A stretch of DNA of 64,000 nt from the human T2T-CHM13v2.0 reference genome, Homo sapiens. Within the stretch, counting starts at the first letter, position 1; each line of letters begins with the position of its first letter. This document shows, piece after piece, positions 1 through 25,097 of the stretch. A program made the position numbers and the translations under genes. Under the pieces are notes generated by a model, which was given only the letters and a program-made list of their open reading frames with translations, was not told the origin of the DNA and searched no databases. The stretch is from the NCBI RefSeq assembly GCF_009914755.1, contig NC_060927.1; one strand, written 5' to 3'.

Positions 1-518
1 AAGGAAAAGATCTGAAACCAACTCAAATTATTGATTAAATTAAATTACTTTGGAAAAAAACAATACTTAAAAATTTCTATTCTCACCTACTTTTCCAAAT
101 AACAAAATAAATAGTGTACTATTGCTGTTCAGAACTTATAAAAATAAGTCTTTATTTTAAAACTCTCTAGATCATTAGAAGTAAGCAAAACCAATCCAAT
201 TTTAAATGGCTGGTGTGCTCTATCTTTTTTTGGAGGCATGGCAAAGGTAGCTTAGGAATTTTAGATAAATAGAGCAAATGATGAATTGTTGGAAATGCAT
301 ACGAAACAAAATAACTACTATAGAACCAAATAAAAGCCTTCCATTAGAAACTAAAAACGTCGGTGGCTTTATATATATATGTATGTATAGGTGAAACCCG
401 AAGGAGAACAAACAGCAAATAAATGAAAATTAAAAGGAGAAACATAAACAGAAAATCCACTCTAAATTTTTCTCTTACTCAATTTAACATTGGAAGTTAT
501 GGTGTTACCCAGAGCCTA

Positions 519-521
<3 letters not shown>

Positions 522-558
<37 letters not shown>
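522..558 (+). repeat. (CA)n microsatellite
   Basis: Perfect AC run of about 18 units. Confidence 0.95.
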
Positions 559-560
<2 letters not shown>

Positions 561-642
561 ATTTTGTTCCTGGTACACAAATTAATGTCTTAATGTCCAC
601 CAATACCACTATACATTTCATGCCATTAAGAAATTCACTTCA

Positions 643-1056
<414 letters not shown>

Positions 1057-1236
1057 CTAAAAGCATGCTAAATCTGGCTTCATGTTTAAAAAAGAATTGT
1101 CAAACTGTTAATTTATTTCTTTACAATATTTCTTACTTTACCTTCATCAAGACTAAGAGCTTTATCTACGGGAAATGTTAATTTGCCAGATTTCTCTAAT
1201 TTTCTATCAGGTTTTAAAGAATAGTCTACTATCTAA

Positions 1237-1543
<307 letters not shown>

Positions 1544-3671
1544 CTAGTCTTTTTAACCTTCTATTTTCTCTGTATGTACATGAAGGTGATAGAGAAACAG
1601 AAAAAAAAAAATTCATATGACATGCTTACACTTTCTGTTTTGTCCTAAATTTTCTTTTTAAATAACAAGTCATTTTACTATAGTACAAAAATTTACCATA
1701 CAAGATTCTTTCTCATACGAAAATATTTTCTTTAACCTTCCTTAACAAAAATGTATCTTCATATCCATAACTTTCTCCTGTCTCTCTCCCATACTTACTG
1801 GTTCCTTTCTTCCTGATTTCATAAATAAGCTTTCCAAGTCTATAATTAGAATTAACCTTTAGGTAACTTCTGAATTCGACAAAATTACTATTTTTCTCAA
1901 TAAAAACGTATCTTCTTTGGCACATTTTATATACAGAATTTTATATTAACTAGAATTCTTATTCTTGCTAATCTTAAATGTTAATGAAAACTAGGAGGCA
2001 AGAAATTCTGAACTATTTATTAGATATTAGCTAGCATTTTATAGATGAGAACAGTTCACACTTTTTAAAAACCTGTTTCCCCATATCACAACCCTTTTTT
2101 AATTGGAAGTGACCCAAACATTCAATGAGCATTAAAAATAATTTTAAGATTTTAAACTACACAAAAAGTTCACTTACAAGCATTTATCCCATTTACATGT
2201 TTTCAATTCTTTCATTTTTTAACAGTTTATTTAGCTTACTTCTGAAAACTGAGATATTAAACAAAGTTAATAATCATTTTAAGTCATTTCCTTGTTAACC
2301 ACTTTTTATACCCTGTGAATATGAGGTGCTCACCTAAGTGAGGACTTTAAAATTAAATATATGGGCATTTTCCCTAGTAACTCAGAAGATTCAGCTGTTT
2401 TCATTAAAACAACATTAAATTAGACTTATTTGTCAAACGAATCACACAAACATAGATTATTTTACTTTGGCTGGGTTTACAGTTTTATAACCTTCTGTAC
2501 CAAATCTTGACACCTCAAAATATCTAATAAAGACAAATATAAAACCCAGACAAAAATGTATGCTGACAATTCTGAAGACATTTCTACTTTTATTTTACCA
2601 ATAATTTTAAAGCCATCTTTTTAATTGACTATTTACTCAAGTCACATGAACTTGAAAAATGCTTGGACATATTCACTTAATTTATGAGTGCTCTTTTATT
2701 TATGAGCCAATCTGTACCCTGTAAAAACAACACATAACATTTAGACCCATATACATATATACAAACAAAGACCCAATAGTTTTTACTTTAGAATTCTAGG
2801 CATGAGATAGCAATACAAACTCACTGGTTTACGAACATGTTCACACGGCTAACTTTTTTGCCCTGATAGATAATACAATGAAGGCTATGAACTAAAACTG
2901 GGTAAATCAGTTCCCATGGCAGTTTAACTTTTAAAGGCCAAAATTCCCCGGATTCCAAAGAACACTGGGGCCAAACAGCACCACAGAAGAGCATCACAGT
3001 ACTAATCAGGCCCAACCCTGTTCAGAGCAGCAGCATAAAAGCATACATACATGGACCTCCATCCTGCTTTCCCATTCAACAGCAAAATGAATTCAATTGT
3101 AAGACAGCACTACAATGCAAAGACATCGCGATCAGACAAGATCAGCCACACTCAGAGTGGTATGGCTGTAGAATTTCCCCTGCTCTGTCAACCCACAACT
3201 ACATACAGACTAACCCAAAGAATGCACCCATGTGGGCTGCACTCTGGGATCAAACCCTGACATCCCATAACTACATAGACATACACAAGCAAACAATCAC
3301 CAAAACACAATCCAACTTCTGTAGCAATGAACAAGCCCCAAGAGTGTTCAAACTGAATCAGTCAAGGTATTATCCTCTCTCCATCAGTTTGGCTTGTTTA
3401 ACCTGCAAACTGATATGCCTTTGGGATTTCCCAAATGGAGAGGAACCATTCCCACTGTCTAGTACCCATAAAAGACACTCACCTTTCCGTACATAGACGT
3501 CAAATTTCAAAGGCTGTTCTTCCTAGGCAATCAGGAACATGGTTGGGGTTGGCAGAAGTGGGCCCAAATGGGGAGAGACGAAAATCCACCTCTGGCCAAA
3601 ATGGTCAGGTAGCTGCTTAGAGGGCTTTTGAAACTCTCCCAGCTCATGGCAGCTGAGTCACAAGCAATGCA

Positions 3672-3689
3672 TTCACAGTCAGGAAACCA
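3672..3689 (-). promoter_or_regulatory. Retroviral primer-binding site, tRNA-Glu-like
   Basis: Minus strand TGGTTTCCTGACTGTGAA just inside the LTR, versus the tRNA-Glu PBS TGGTTCCCTGACCGGGAA. Confidence 0.65.
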
Positions 3690-3694
3690 AAATT

Positions 3695-4503
<809 letters not shown>

Positions 4504-4765
4504 AAGCTGGCTTCACTTTTAGGGTCAAAGCAGCATAGGGCAGTGAGGAGAGTAGAGCTGAAATGCAGGTCCAATGAAAGTCCCAGGTAATCACATATCT
4601 CAGGACCGTGTTGCCATTCAGAGCTGTCCCAAGCTTCTGTAAACTTATGAAACACAAGGGTGTGTACATATATGTATATATATTTAAGATATATACATGC
4701 ATGTATATATGTATTTAAATATGTATGTATATTTTTATTAAAACCATGCATGGTGACCAATTTTC

Positions 4766-5127
<362 letters not shown>

Positions 5128-8100
5128 TAACAAGAGTTAATAAGTCTAATATTAAAATTAACTAAATTATACTTAATTATATGATTAATTTTATAAGACA
5201 TTAATTTTAATATCTTAGACTTATATTAAGATCTTAGACTTATAAGATAATTACAGCTACACAGACATGTAGCTGGCAGCTTTAGTTCTATACCCTTAGT
5301 CATGGTTTAAAATAAATAGAAAACAAAAAACTCACATTTCCAGGTGTCAAAGAGCTCTCCTTTCTTGTAGAAGGTCAGTGTATTCTTGAACAAACAAACC
5401 AACCGACAAATAAGATTTTCTGTCATCTCTAACCCAACAGAATAGGTCTCCACCTAAAAAGGATGATCAAATAGGCTATAAAACCAAATTCACAAACATT
5501 TCTGGCACATTAGGAAATAACTTCTGAGTTATATAAAAACCAAAACCAGAAACAAAAACAAAAGCACAGAATCCACGGGAAAAAAGAAACAAAAGAGTCA
5601 GCGAAGGTAAAGTTCCATTGCCACTTGGAATTTGCTGCAGAAGCCAAGAGAGGATGTTTGCTTCCATGCCTACACACAGATTGGCTCTGGAAGGTGCATT
5701 TACAGGGATATCTTGGTGGAACCTCTGATTTGAATAAACTTATGCAAACATTTCTTTAACTCATTGGCTAAAGGAAGACTGTAAGACTGGTTCATTAACT
5801 CTATAAAAAATAAAATAAAAATGAATGCCTAAACTAAGATCTCCTTCAAAGAAGGAACATTCCCAGCTTTGCAAAGTTCAACCTCAGAGCAGGCTGTTCT
5901 TCCTCTGATTACTTCTTAATGAAAGCTGTACTGGCTCAGAGATCTACTTCCATCTGTACTGGCCAGATACCACAAGCCATTCTGTTCTATCTTTAGCCAT
6001 GCTCAGCTGCCTTTCTGGATTATTCAAGTTATCTCCTGAAATACCTCTCATTGTTTTTGTTAGTACTTTGGTTAAAACTTTTTGTTTTATTTAACTCTTT
6101 ATTTTTCTCAAAATGAACATTCTTTCATTTTGCAGAATGCAGTGTACATAAATTTCCTCAAATGCATGTAATGTGTTACACTAGAAACACATAGTTTCTC
6201 CTCTTTCCATGATTGCTGTAAATCAGAAGTAGAAATTAAATGGCTGAACTCAATCTATTATGGGCTAAGAAACATAAAAGTATTAAAACTCTGTTCAAAA
6301 TTTATTCTTGGTGGAACCAAGAATCCATGAGCCTCTTTTACATAGTGTCTACTCTGGTGGAAAATCACCCATGCATGATGACTTCTCCCCTCCATCAGTC
6401 TCATTCTGACAAATCAGAGCAGCATACTGGCAGCTACAAAAGAGAATATATATTGAATCAAGGAGTATTTTCAAACTTTTTCTCTCTTAGTTGCTTAGGG
6501 AATTATATCCAGTAAATAATAAAGCACTCCACAACTTATTCTAAAAAATTTTCTGATTTAAAGTTTCTGACACAGCATGATACGGTTGATTGTGCCAATG
6601 GATTTTCCTCCTTAAGTCAAGAAAAACTGCACAACAATAATTACCTAATTAAGATTTGCATAATTATGATTACTAAATCCAAGAGAACTATTGTAGTAAC
6701 AATATAACAACTTATCTAAGGCCAATTAAGTTGTGTTTCCATTCTGCTTTAATTTATTTTAATCCAAAAGAGCAATAAACCTGATATGTCTAGTTGATGA
6801 CTTAATTAACTACAGTATATTAAGAAGTTTGAAATTGTTATGATGCTGAAAACCTCAATGCCCTTCAAGGGTGGCATCTTTATTCTTTATTTCTTAAATA
6901 GTTTAGAATTTTCACCATTTTCATAAGTAAGGCTATATCCCTAATTAATATTAACGTGCAACAGAACTTAATGATTCAGCGATGTTTGTTTAATAAGGAG
7001 AAAGGGAAAGAACAGGGTAATGTCACTTTCAGTGAAATGGAAAGATTAGTTTTATATCTTTGACAGTCAGATTGGAAAAGCAGCAATGCAAAATTGAAAC
7101 TCTGTTCACTTTATGAAAGGAGCAAAAGCATTCAAGGACATAGAAAATAGGATCAAAGAGAAGGTGTGAGATAGATTTTATCCGAGGTCTTTGATTTATG
7201 TGTTTTGAAAACATCTCTAAGACTATTCTTGAAGAGAAGGACAAGACAAAAACATGTTAAAATCTTCAAGTGGGTTTCATAGTTCAAAATCAAAGGCCCT
7301 CCACACAATTACAAAGAGGAAAATCGGAAAATCACAGAGATATATCAAGCTAGAGTGGCTTAATTAAAATGATAAAAATATGAAAACTTTCTTTTTTTAT
7401 ATTCTTAGTTTTAAGAAATGTATTGGTCTCATGGCTGCCAAACATGTGGTCACATGATCACTCATGTTTTGTCAATAATACTACGCAATTTGAGAAGCTG
7501 TTAATATCCACAGCTATCCACTCTCCTTTGAATCCTCAATTCTTCTTCCCAATATTTTTTATCACAATTAAGTATCTAACTCTTTATTCACCCATTTTTT
7601 ACATCTATCTTAATTTACCAAATAATTTTCTTTTCAGAGATAAATTGACATAGCTATTTCCTTTCATTTTAAGAATATTTGGCCTCAATATGGTGATATA
7701 TTCAGTTCAAAAAACCTAGAAAAATTTTCTATTAAATTCAAGAGATCTGCATTTACTTTCTTTAGAACCATCAATGTTTAACATTTCATGAGGATGATGG
7801 GTTCACACAGTTTTATAAAGCTGTCATCCATGACATTTTAAAGAGATTTGACCTGAGCATTTCAAGTTATGAAAAAAACTTTGATATTTAACTAAAATAT
7901 CATCAAATGGGACTCGATTTAATGTTTTTATACTTAATTATTTAATATCTAGACATCTCTAAGCATTTACTTTTCTACTTCCTATCCCTGTACATCAGTA
8001 GTTCTTATTTTTTTTTCCATCCTAACATCTGTTTACATGCAAAATAATCACACACCCAGGTATTGAAGTTGGGCTGTCGATAAAAGCTGGGATTATACAC

Positions 8101-8766
8101 ATTTGCTAATATGGGCTATCACTAATTTCATTTCTTTCTCACAATGAGAAAGTAAATACGTGAGAACTGATGTCCTTGATTATCACCACTGGAATGCAGC
8201 AAATGTTTACAGAGAAACCCCATTGCTCATGGGGTTTCTCCTTGATATTTTTAGTCCCTTTGATATTTTTACTCAGAACATGTCAGAAAAATACAATACC
8301 CACTAAAATAGGAAATTGTCATAATCACTGACTCCCCAGACAGAAGCTTCTTTTACAGAAGAATAAACTGATTCTTTAGAAATAAAAGTTACTTTCCCAA
8401 ATTGGTAATACAGATTTTGATTAAAAATGAATGGCTTTCCTATACTACTAAGCTGGGCTTTATTATTTCTTTCATTTTAAAGATCCCTTGGTATGCTGGA
8501 TTTCTCTCTATAGCTCCTTCTTACTTTTACTTATAATTACTGTGTGTTATCCTTCAGTTTCCTAAACTTGAGCAACTCTGGCTTGTGAGCTTATTAAAAA
8601 AATTTTAAGGATGGATGATCTTTATCAACAGCAGGGTAGTATTATTAACATTACCCATTTAGCATATATAAGCATTTTTCGAATGACCAAATAATTTAAG
8701 ATTTAATGTTCAATTATATAGTCAAAAGCTAGTGAGTCACACCACCTTTTGCCTTCTTATGCTTAC

Positions 8767-8805
8767 TTTTTTTTTTTTTTTTTTTGAGACGGAGTCTTGC
8801 TCTGT
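8767..8805 (-). mobile_element. Extremely truncated Alu 3' end
   Basis: poly(T) followed by gagacggagtcttgctctgt only. Confidence 0.8.
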
Positions 8806-9819
8806 AAAGATTGTCTTAGCGTGGGAAGAAGTTCTCAGTGTTCACTGTAGTCCCCTTCCCTAAGGCAATCTCTTCTTTTGTTTGTCAAGACTTCTGCATT
8901 TCTTTCTTGCCTCAAGGAAACAATCTTACTCTATAACAGTTAGAGAGGAAAAATAAAATAAAAAACTTTCTGATTCGAGAAGGCAATTGAATAAATAATC
9001 TGTAAAACTTTTTTTTGTTACAGAGTTTCAGGAATAATTACCATTTTTGAACAGCTTCTTCATTGAAGCATATTTCTTATAGTTTCTTAGTCTGAGTTTG
9101 GAGCTCAACGTCTCTCATCCTAAACTCCAAATCAAAGAAAACGGGGCACCAAAGCACATAGATGTTTAGAGTTTAGCAGTTTTAACATACAAATGACCTT
9201 CAGACAATTAGAACTCTTGCATTTAGCTTATAATTCTTAAAGTCCAATTTAAGATGTGTTTAAGACTTACAGAAGGACGCTACTGAAATGAAGATGCAAA
9301 ATCTGAGCCTAAACTTTTTCTAATTATTGTCATTAAAACATCAATGGCTTTGCTTTCATGGCCCTAATCTTATGGAACTCGATCAATATTAAGTTCAGCA
9401 AGTGTTTCATTTCTAGTTTACATGTAGTTACAATAACAGTCAGCAATTCAAAATGATGTTTGTCAACTCTAAAAACAGTGTGAGATTTTGTGTGTTTATT
9501 TACTTTTATTATAGTAAAGGTTCATGATAAAGACATTAAACAGTTAAAAATATCAGTGTTAAAATATCCAAACATTAACTTACCAGTAATATGTTTGAAT
9601 TAAAACTAAAGTTTATCTTCTCTTGAGAGTTAAAGTATTAATTCGAGCATATGCTTGATAGATATTAAAAACTATCATGGCTCTCTTTCTCCTTTCCTCT
9701 CTTGTTAAGAAAACATGAGCTACTTCACCTAAAAGGTATTTCTATTTTGCAAAAAAAAAAAAATTTACAATCCTTCACATCCAATTTGTATTTCATAAAA
9801 TAATTTCTTCTTTCTTCTT

Positions 9820-11360
9820 TCATCAAACAATTAATGAATACCTATTACATAAATGCTATGCCTGTCCTCATGGTGTTTACAGTCTAGTGCTAATCATGGG
9901 CATAAAAAGGGGCAACAGGTAATTTGAGACGAAGAGGAGTGTTAAAGGAGACATTAGGAAAGTACATTTGACCTGAATTCACAGCCAGAAAAGGCTTCCT
10001 GGAAGAGTTGGCAATCTGAAAAGAGAATAGCAGTTAGCCAGATGAGAAGGTGAGAAAAATAGCTTCTAGACAAAAAGAGTAGCATGAACAGTATATGGGA
10101 GAGTCAGGAGGAGAAAAGGGAGAATGAGAGAATGAGAGAGTGAATAGAGCATCTAAGGAAGTGAAAGAATACAATGAGGAATGAAGCTAGAGTGGAAACC
10201 AGTGGCCTCAATACACAAGAGTACTGTGGTTTGAATGTCCCCTCCAGAACTTATGTAGAAATTTAATTGCCATTGTGACAGTATTAAAAAGTAGGATTTT
10301 TAAAGAAGTGATTAAGGCATAAGGAACATGCCTTCATGAACAAATTATGCTATTATCTGGAGAGTAGTCTCTCTGTAAAAGGGTAAGTTTGACCCCCATT
10401 TTCTGTCTCGCATGCATTTTTTCTTGCCAAGTGATACCTTCTACCACGTTATGACACAGCAAGAAGACCTTTACCAGATGCAGTCCCTCAATCTTCAATT
10501 CGCCAGCTTCTAGAACTATGAGCTCAATCTCTTTTTATTTAAGAAATTGTCTAGTCTGTGTTAATTCTCTTATAACAGCAGAAAACAGGCTAAGACATGG
10601 GGCTTTCATACTATGTTGTAAAAAATGGTTTTGTTTTTATCCTAGCATCAATTAAGGGTCACTGGATGATTTTAGATAGGAATGTGGCATGATTAGATTT
10701 GTGGTTTACAAAGAGGGCATAGCTGCTTGTTTCACTGCCAGTCCAGCTTCAATACAGAGAATGAATTTGAAGGGAGTCATCCTGGATTTAAGACCATTTA
10801 GAAGTCTGTTGCCAAAATACAGAGAAAAGACAAAACTGGACTAGATTGAGGAGTGTTGGTGCATATGGAGAAAGATTTATAAAGAAATTCAATTTAATGT
10901 GCTTTTCAGGTCCCTAATGATTTGGGGAAGGGAAGGAGATGGAGGAAGTAAAGATGACTTTGACTTAGGCAAAGGGTGCGTGGAAATGACATTAAAAGAA
11001 TGGGTAAAAGAGTGCACCTTTGAAGGCGCAAACATGCTTTCAGTCTGAGACATGTTATATGTGAGACGTCTATGGATTACTTGTGTAAAAATTCAATAGC
11101 AGAGTCAGGAATATAATAGAGATTTTTATAATCCACTGAGGGAATTATCTTGATTGCACAGGATAAGAAATACAATGGTAATTTTTAGGATTTACTTTGG
11201 GATTGATCCCAATTACTAAGAATAAAACCCGAGAAGCCCCAATAATTAAGGAAAGAGCATAGAGTAAAACCTGAAAGGGAATTTGTAAAGAAATAGCCAG
11301 ACACTTAAGAAATATAAAATTTAACAATATAGTATTATAGAATCCAAGGAAAGCAGATGC
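9820..11360 (-). mobile_element. Degraded L2 fragments (split by the MST LTR)
   Basis: L2-like motifs (ctcatggtgtttacagtctag, aaggcttcctggaagag, gtcactggatgattttagatagg). Confidence 0.55.
10222..10597 (+). mobile_element. MaLR solo LTR (MST type)
   Basis: Starts tactgtggtttgaatgtcccc, ends gcagaaaacaggctaagaca. Confidence 0.75.
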
Positions 11361-11363
11361 CAT

Positions 11364-11828
11364 ATTTGATAGGTAAAGTAATGGCTCTGAAATGAGATTC
11401 ACATTCTAAACCCCAGGAACTGTGAATATGATACATTATATGACAAAAGGGACTTTGCAGAGATGATTAGGTGAAGGACCCTAAAATGGGAGATTTAACT
11501 AGATTATTACCTGGGCAATCCCAATGTCATCACAAGTGACCTTATAAGAGAGAAGCAGGAGAGTTAGAGTCAGAGAAAGGGATCTGGTAATGAAAACAGA
11601 GGGGGTGGTGTATAAAAGAGACTGGGAGAGAAAAAGAGATGAACCAAAAAACTCAGATGGCTTCTAGAAGCTGAAAAAAGGCCAGGAAATGGATTCTCCC
11701 CTAGAGAGACGAAATGCGGCTTTGCCAATTCATTTCAGACCTCTGACCTCCAGGATGTAAGATATATTTGTGTTGTTTTAGGCCACACATTTTGTGGTAA
11801 TTTGTAACAGTAATAGGAAACTAATACC
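11364..11828 (+). mobile_element. MaLR LTR (MLT1D-like)
   Basis: aaaagggactttgcagagatgatt, gcttctagaagctg, ends taggaaactaatac. Confidence 0.75.
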
Positions 11829-12454
11829 CTATATGAATTGACTTAAGCAATAGAGAATTTACTGATTACTTTTAAAAGAGAAGGAATCTTTTCAAAAAAA
11901 AATTTGTGAAATTGCAGTGTTTTTGAGTAATTAAAAAGAATAAGTCATCCTTTTGAATCTTCATTGGTTACATCGCTGCCCTGGGTGTTTCGCGTTGCTA
12001 GCTTCTTCAGCTCCAAGTCTGGGATATATGAGGCAAAAAGAAAACCCAAGGAACTCTCCAGTATGTTATTTCTTGGTCTTAAGATTCTTAGCTGGTCTAC
12101 TTTCCTCTTTCTACCTTTCAAAGCCTTCTTCTGTTTTTTATACATAATGTTCAGGGGTTTTAGCTGTACTTGGCAGGAAGAATAGGGAGGAAAGCTCCAA
12201 AATTGGGTTCTTAATTTTATCTTTTTAAATTTTTGTTTATCTGTGCTTTCCAATATTTTTCTATTGGACATGAATTACTTGTGTTTTAAATAAATGTGTT
12301 TTTACATCATAATGCCTACATTGGTACTTTACATGGTACATAGTAATTAATATGCAAATTGAAATTTATTTTGCATAGAATACAAAATCTGAAACCAAGA
12401 AAAATAAACAAATATGATAAATGTTCCCAATCCTATTTTATCTGTGATCTGTGA

Positions 12455-12798
<344 letters not shown>

Positions 12799-13414
12799 TC
12801 AAATGGAATTTTCTAAAATGCATCCTATACAAGGTGATTTTCAAAATACTTAACAACTGGTATGGCACAGGCAGAAACTAATAAAGTGATTGTCTGGCAG
12901 TCAGAAAGGATGCTGGCTAGTACAATATAGTGAGGCATATCAGTCCTACAATAGAGAAGCTGATAAAATTCCTAAGAAAGAAAAGAGTTCCATAGATGAT
13001 GACCTTTGGGAAATAATGCTTATCATTTCCTTCTCTTCAGAATTCTTTTCAGAAAAAAAAAGTATTCTTAGCTTTATTTAATCTAGATTTTTATTTTATC
13101 ATGAAGTTGTTTTCTCATCACACCCACTCCCCACACACATATTCACAACCTAGAGAATACAATTTGAAATGTTCTCTCAAGTGCTTTTATGCTGTTATTC
13201 TGCCAACCCATTTCTTGTCCGTATTCTTTTCTTCCAGTTGATAATTATTGCCGCTCAAATAGAATTTATTCTGTAAAATTACTTATTCTATATCCTAGTG
13301 TGTTTAAGAAAAATGACACATCAAAAATTAAGTCATATGAGACATTAACACTTCCCTGGATCTATGGATACATTTATTTACTGGTGCATATTAGCAATAA
13401 GTAAATGCAGCATG

Positions 13415-13695
13415 GGCCGGGCACAGTGGCTCACGCCTGTAACCCCAGCAATTTGGGAGGCCAAGACGGTCAGGTCACCTGAGGTCAGAAGTTTGAGACA
13501 AGCCTGGCCAACATGGTGAAACCCCATTGCTACTAAAAATACAAAAATTAGCCAGGCATGGTGGTGCATGGCTGTAGACTCAGCTACATGGGAGGCTGAG
13601 GCGGGAAGATTGCCTGAGCTTGGGAGGCAGAGGTTGCAGTAAGCCGAAATTGTGCCAGTGCATTCCCGCCTGGGCTCTGTCTCAAAAAATAAAAT
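13415..13695 (+). mobile_element. AluS
   Basis: Dimer with a small right-arm deletion; flanking aataagtaaat repeat. Confidence 0.9.
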
Positions 13696-14509
13696 AAGTA
13701 AATTTGGCATATTAGAAAAAGGTGAAAGTAATGAGTTCAGAGCTAAAATCACAGATTTTCTGCAATATCATCCCTTCTCTCTTGGTAAGAGCTCCTTGTG
13801 GAGAATTCTGCAGCTGTATCTTGGCTCAGATAGATACTACAAAGTTTAGTAAAAATCTGCCATCATCACAAGAAGAATAAGTGAAGACCTGTGTACCAAG
13901 TACTTTATGCCTCTTGTATGAAGTAAGGTTGAATAAGAATTATATGGTGTTGATCTAATTCTTCTTTCATATTTGAAGTGATATTTTGTTTTTAGAGAGA
14001 AAATAAAATCTAGAAGCTTTCTCGGTCCCTCTGCTATTGGAGCTGTGATAGGAACCAACTACTGTCAGACAATCATATTGTCATTATGTCTATATCATAT
14101 TGCAACACTTAGATAACCTATGAAAGGAAGTTAACCGATGTGTAATGAGATATTTCCAGAGGTAATTATATCAAAGAAGAACAGATCTCTTTATGGAAAG
14201 GGATCCAGCAGATAATGCAAAACTATTAGCCAATAAAGATAAGGAAAGAGAGAGGAAAAACCACAGTGTGTCATTGAAAAGGATGTAAAATTAAACTTCA
14301 AAATACATGAAGATAACTAACATTACAAATAGGCAAACCAGCCAACCAAACCAAACCAAAACTAGATATTACAAAATGTGAACAGGTAGATATAAAAATA
14401 CACCAATCAATATTTTTGGAAATTGAGAATATGATCATTGAAATTAAAATTAATAAGCCATATATAGTACTGTTGAATAAAGGAATAATTCAATTTAAAG
14501 ATAATAATA

Positions 14510-15613
<1,104 letters not shown>

Positions 15614-15676
15614 CAATTTAAATAATGATCGAAGTGTATAGAATCCTAGGAAGAATATGCCTTATACTTTTTTCTA

Positions 15677-15910
15677 AGTTCTGTTGCACAGTGTGGTGAA
15701 TATGATTAATAATAAAGTATCACACATTTCAAAATTGCTACAAGAGTAAATTTGGAATGTTCTTAACGTCAAAATGTTAAGTATTTAAAGTGATGGGTAT
15801 GTTAACTAACTTGATTTAATTAATTATTCAACATTTTATCCATAGATTATGATATAACTTTGTAACCCATAAATTTACACAATTATAAATTGTCAGTTTA
15901 CAATAAAAAG
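15677..15910 (+). mobile_element. L1MA-type 3' end fragment
   Basis: tttcaaaattgctacaagagtaaattt, gtgatgggtatgttaactaacttgatt, terminal aataaaa. Confidence 0.7.
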
Positions 15911-16899
15911 TGGCATATTTTTAGAATTTTAAAAATAGAGTATTCACTACAAACAGAAGGCAGAGGTTAAAATATTTAGAAAGAAAAGAAGGAAAGGAAG
16001 AAAGGAAAAAAAGAAGAAGGAAAGGAGGGGAGAAAGAGAGGGATGAAGGAAGAAAGAGAAGAAAGAAGACAGTTTGCAGACACAGGAAATAGTTGAAAAT
16101 TTACAAGATAGATTGAATAGGACTTTCTCCACCACTTGTTTTCCCTGCCAAAAAAGGGAAGAGAAGTAATGACAGAAGAGATAATGACTGATTTTTTTTT
16201 TCAAAATGAAGAGAGGAGATGTAAAATCAAAAGGATATCCAATTCCAAGGCTGGAGTTTTTAAAGTTCACCTTAGAAATGACATGGTAAAATACAAATTT
16301 GAAAAGTTACCATAAAGTAAAAACAGTTACTTACCAAAGAATAGTAACTGCATTGGCAGTAAACTTTTTAACAAAAATAAATAAATGCTAGAAAATATTG
16401 GTATAACATCTTCAAACAGCTGAAGGAATTCCACACTAGTGCAACCATCATCCAAGAGTAACTACATCTGGCAATGCTGGAGACTGAATTCTCTGAGACG
16501 GTCTCCTACAAAAACATAACTAAATGATGAATAACATATTTCTCAGTGCATGCTCAGCTCCAGGAAGCAGGGGAAATCTGTTATCCCTCTCCCAAAAGGA
16601 CTTGAGTAGTAGTTGAAAGTGCGTGCTGTGAGAGGTAAGCAAGTGAGAGAAATGCGATTGCTCCTCAAGCAGGTGGCTTTACTATGAGCAGGTGCCCTTA
16701 ATATGAGCAGGTGCCCTTAATATTACTGCAATTATACCTTAAACTTTTGGCTGACAGTGAAGTAAGGAAGCTGAAGCTGAAATGCCTATCTTAAGCTAGG
16801 ATACCCTAAAAGGTCCAACTAGATCTGTGATACTCCAGAGACCCTTAACAGAAACAAAAGCTGAAGAAAAGCATTCCCAATGTAAGGCCACACTATTCC

Positions 16900-25097
<8,198 letters not shown>

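Noticed and set aside
16683-16723. Short perfect tandem duplications (19 bp here; 23 bp at 55786-55833; a complex one at about 43748-43811)
   Set aside because: Ordinary slippage duplications inside old repeats
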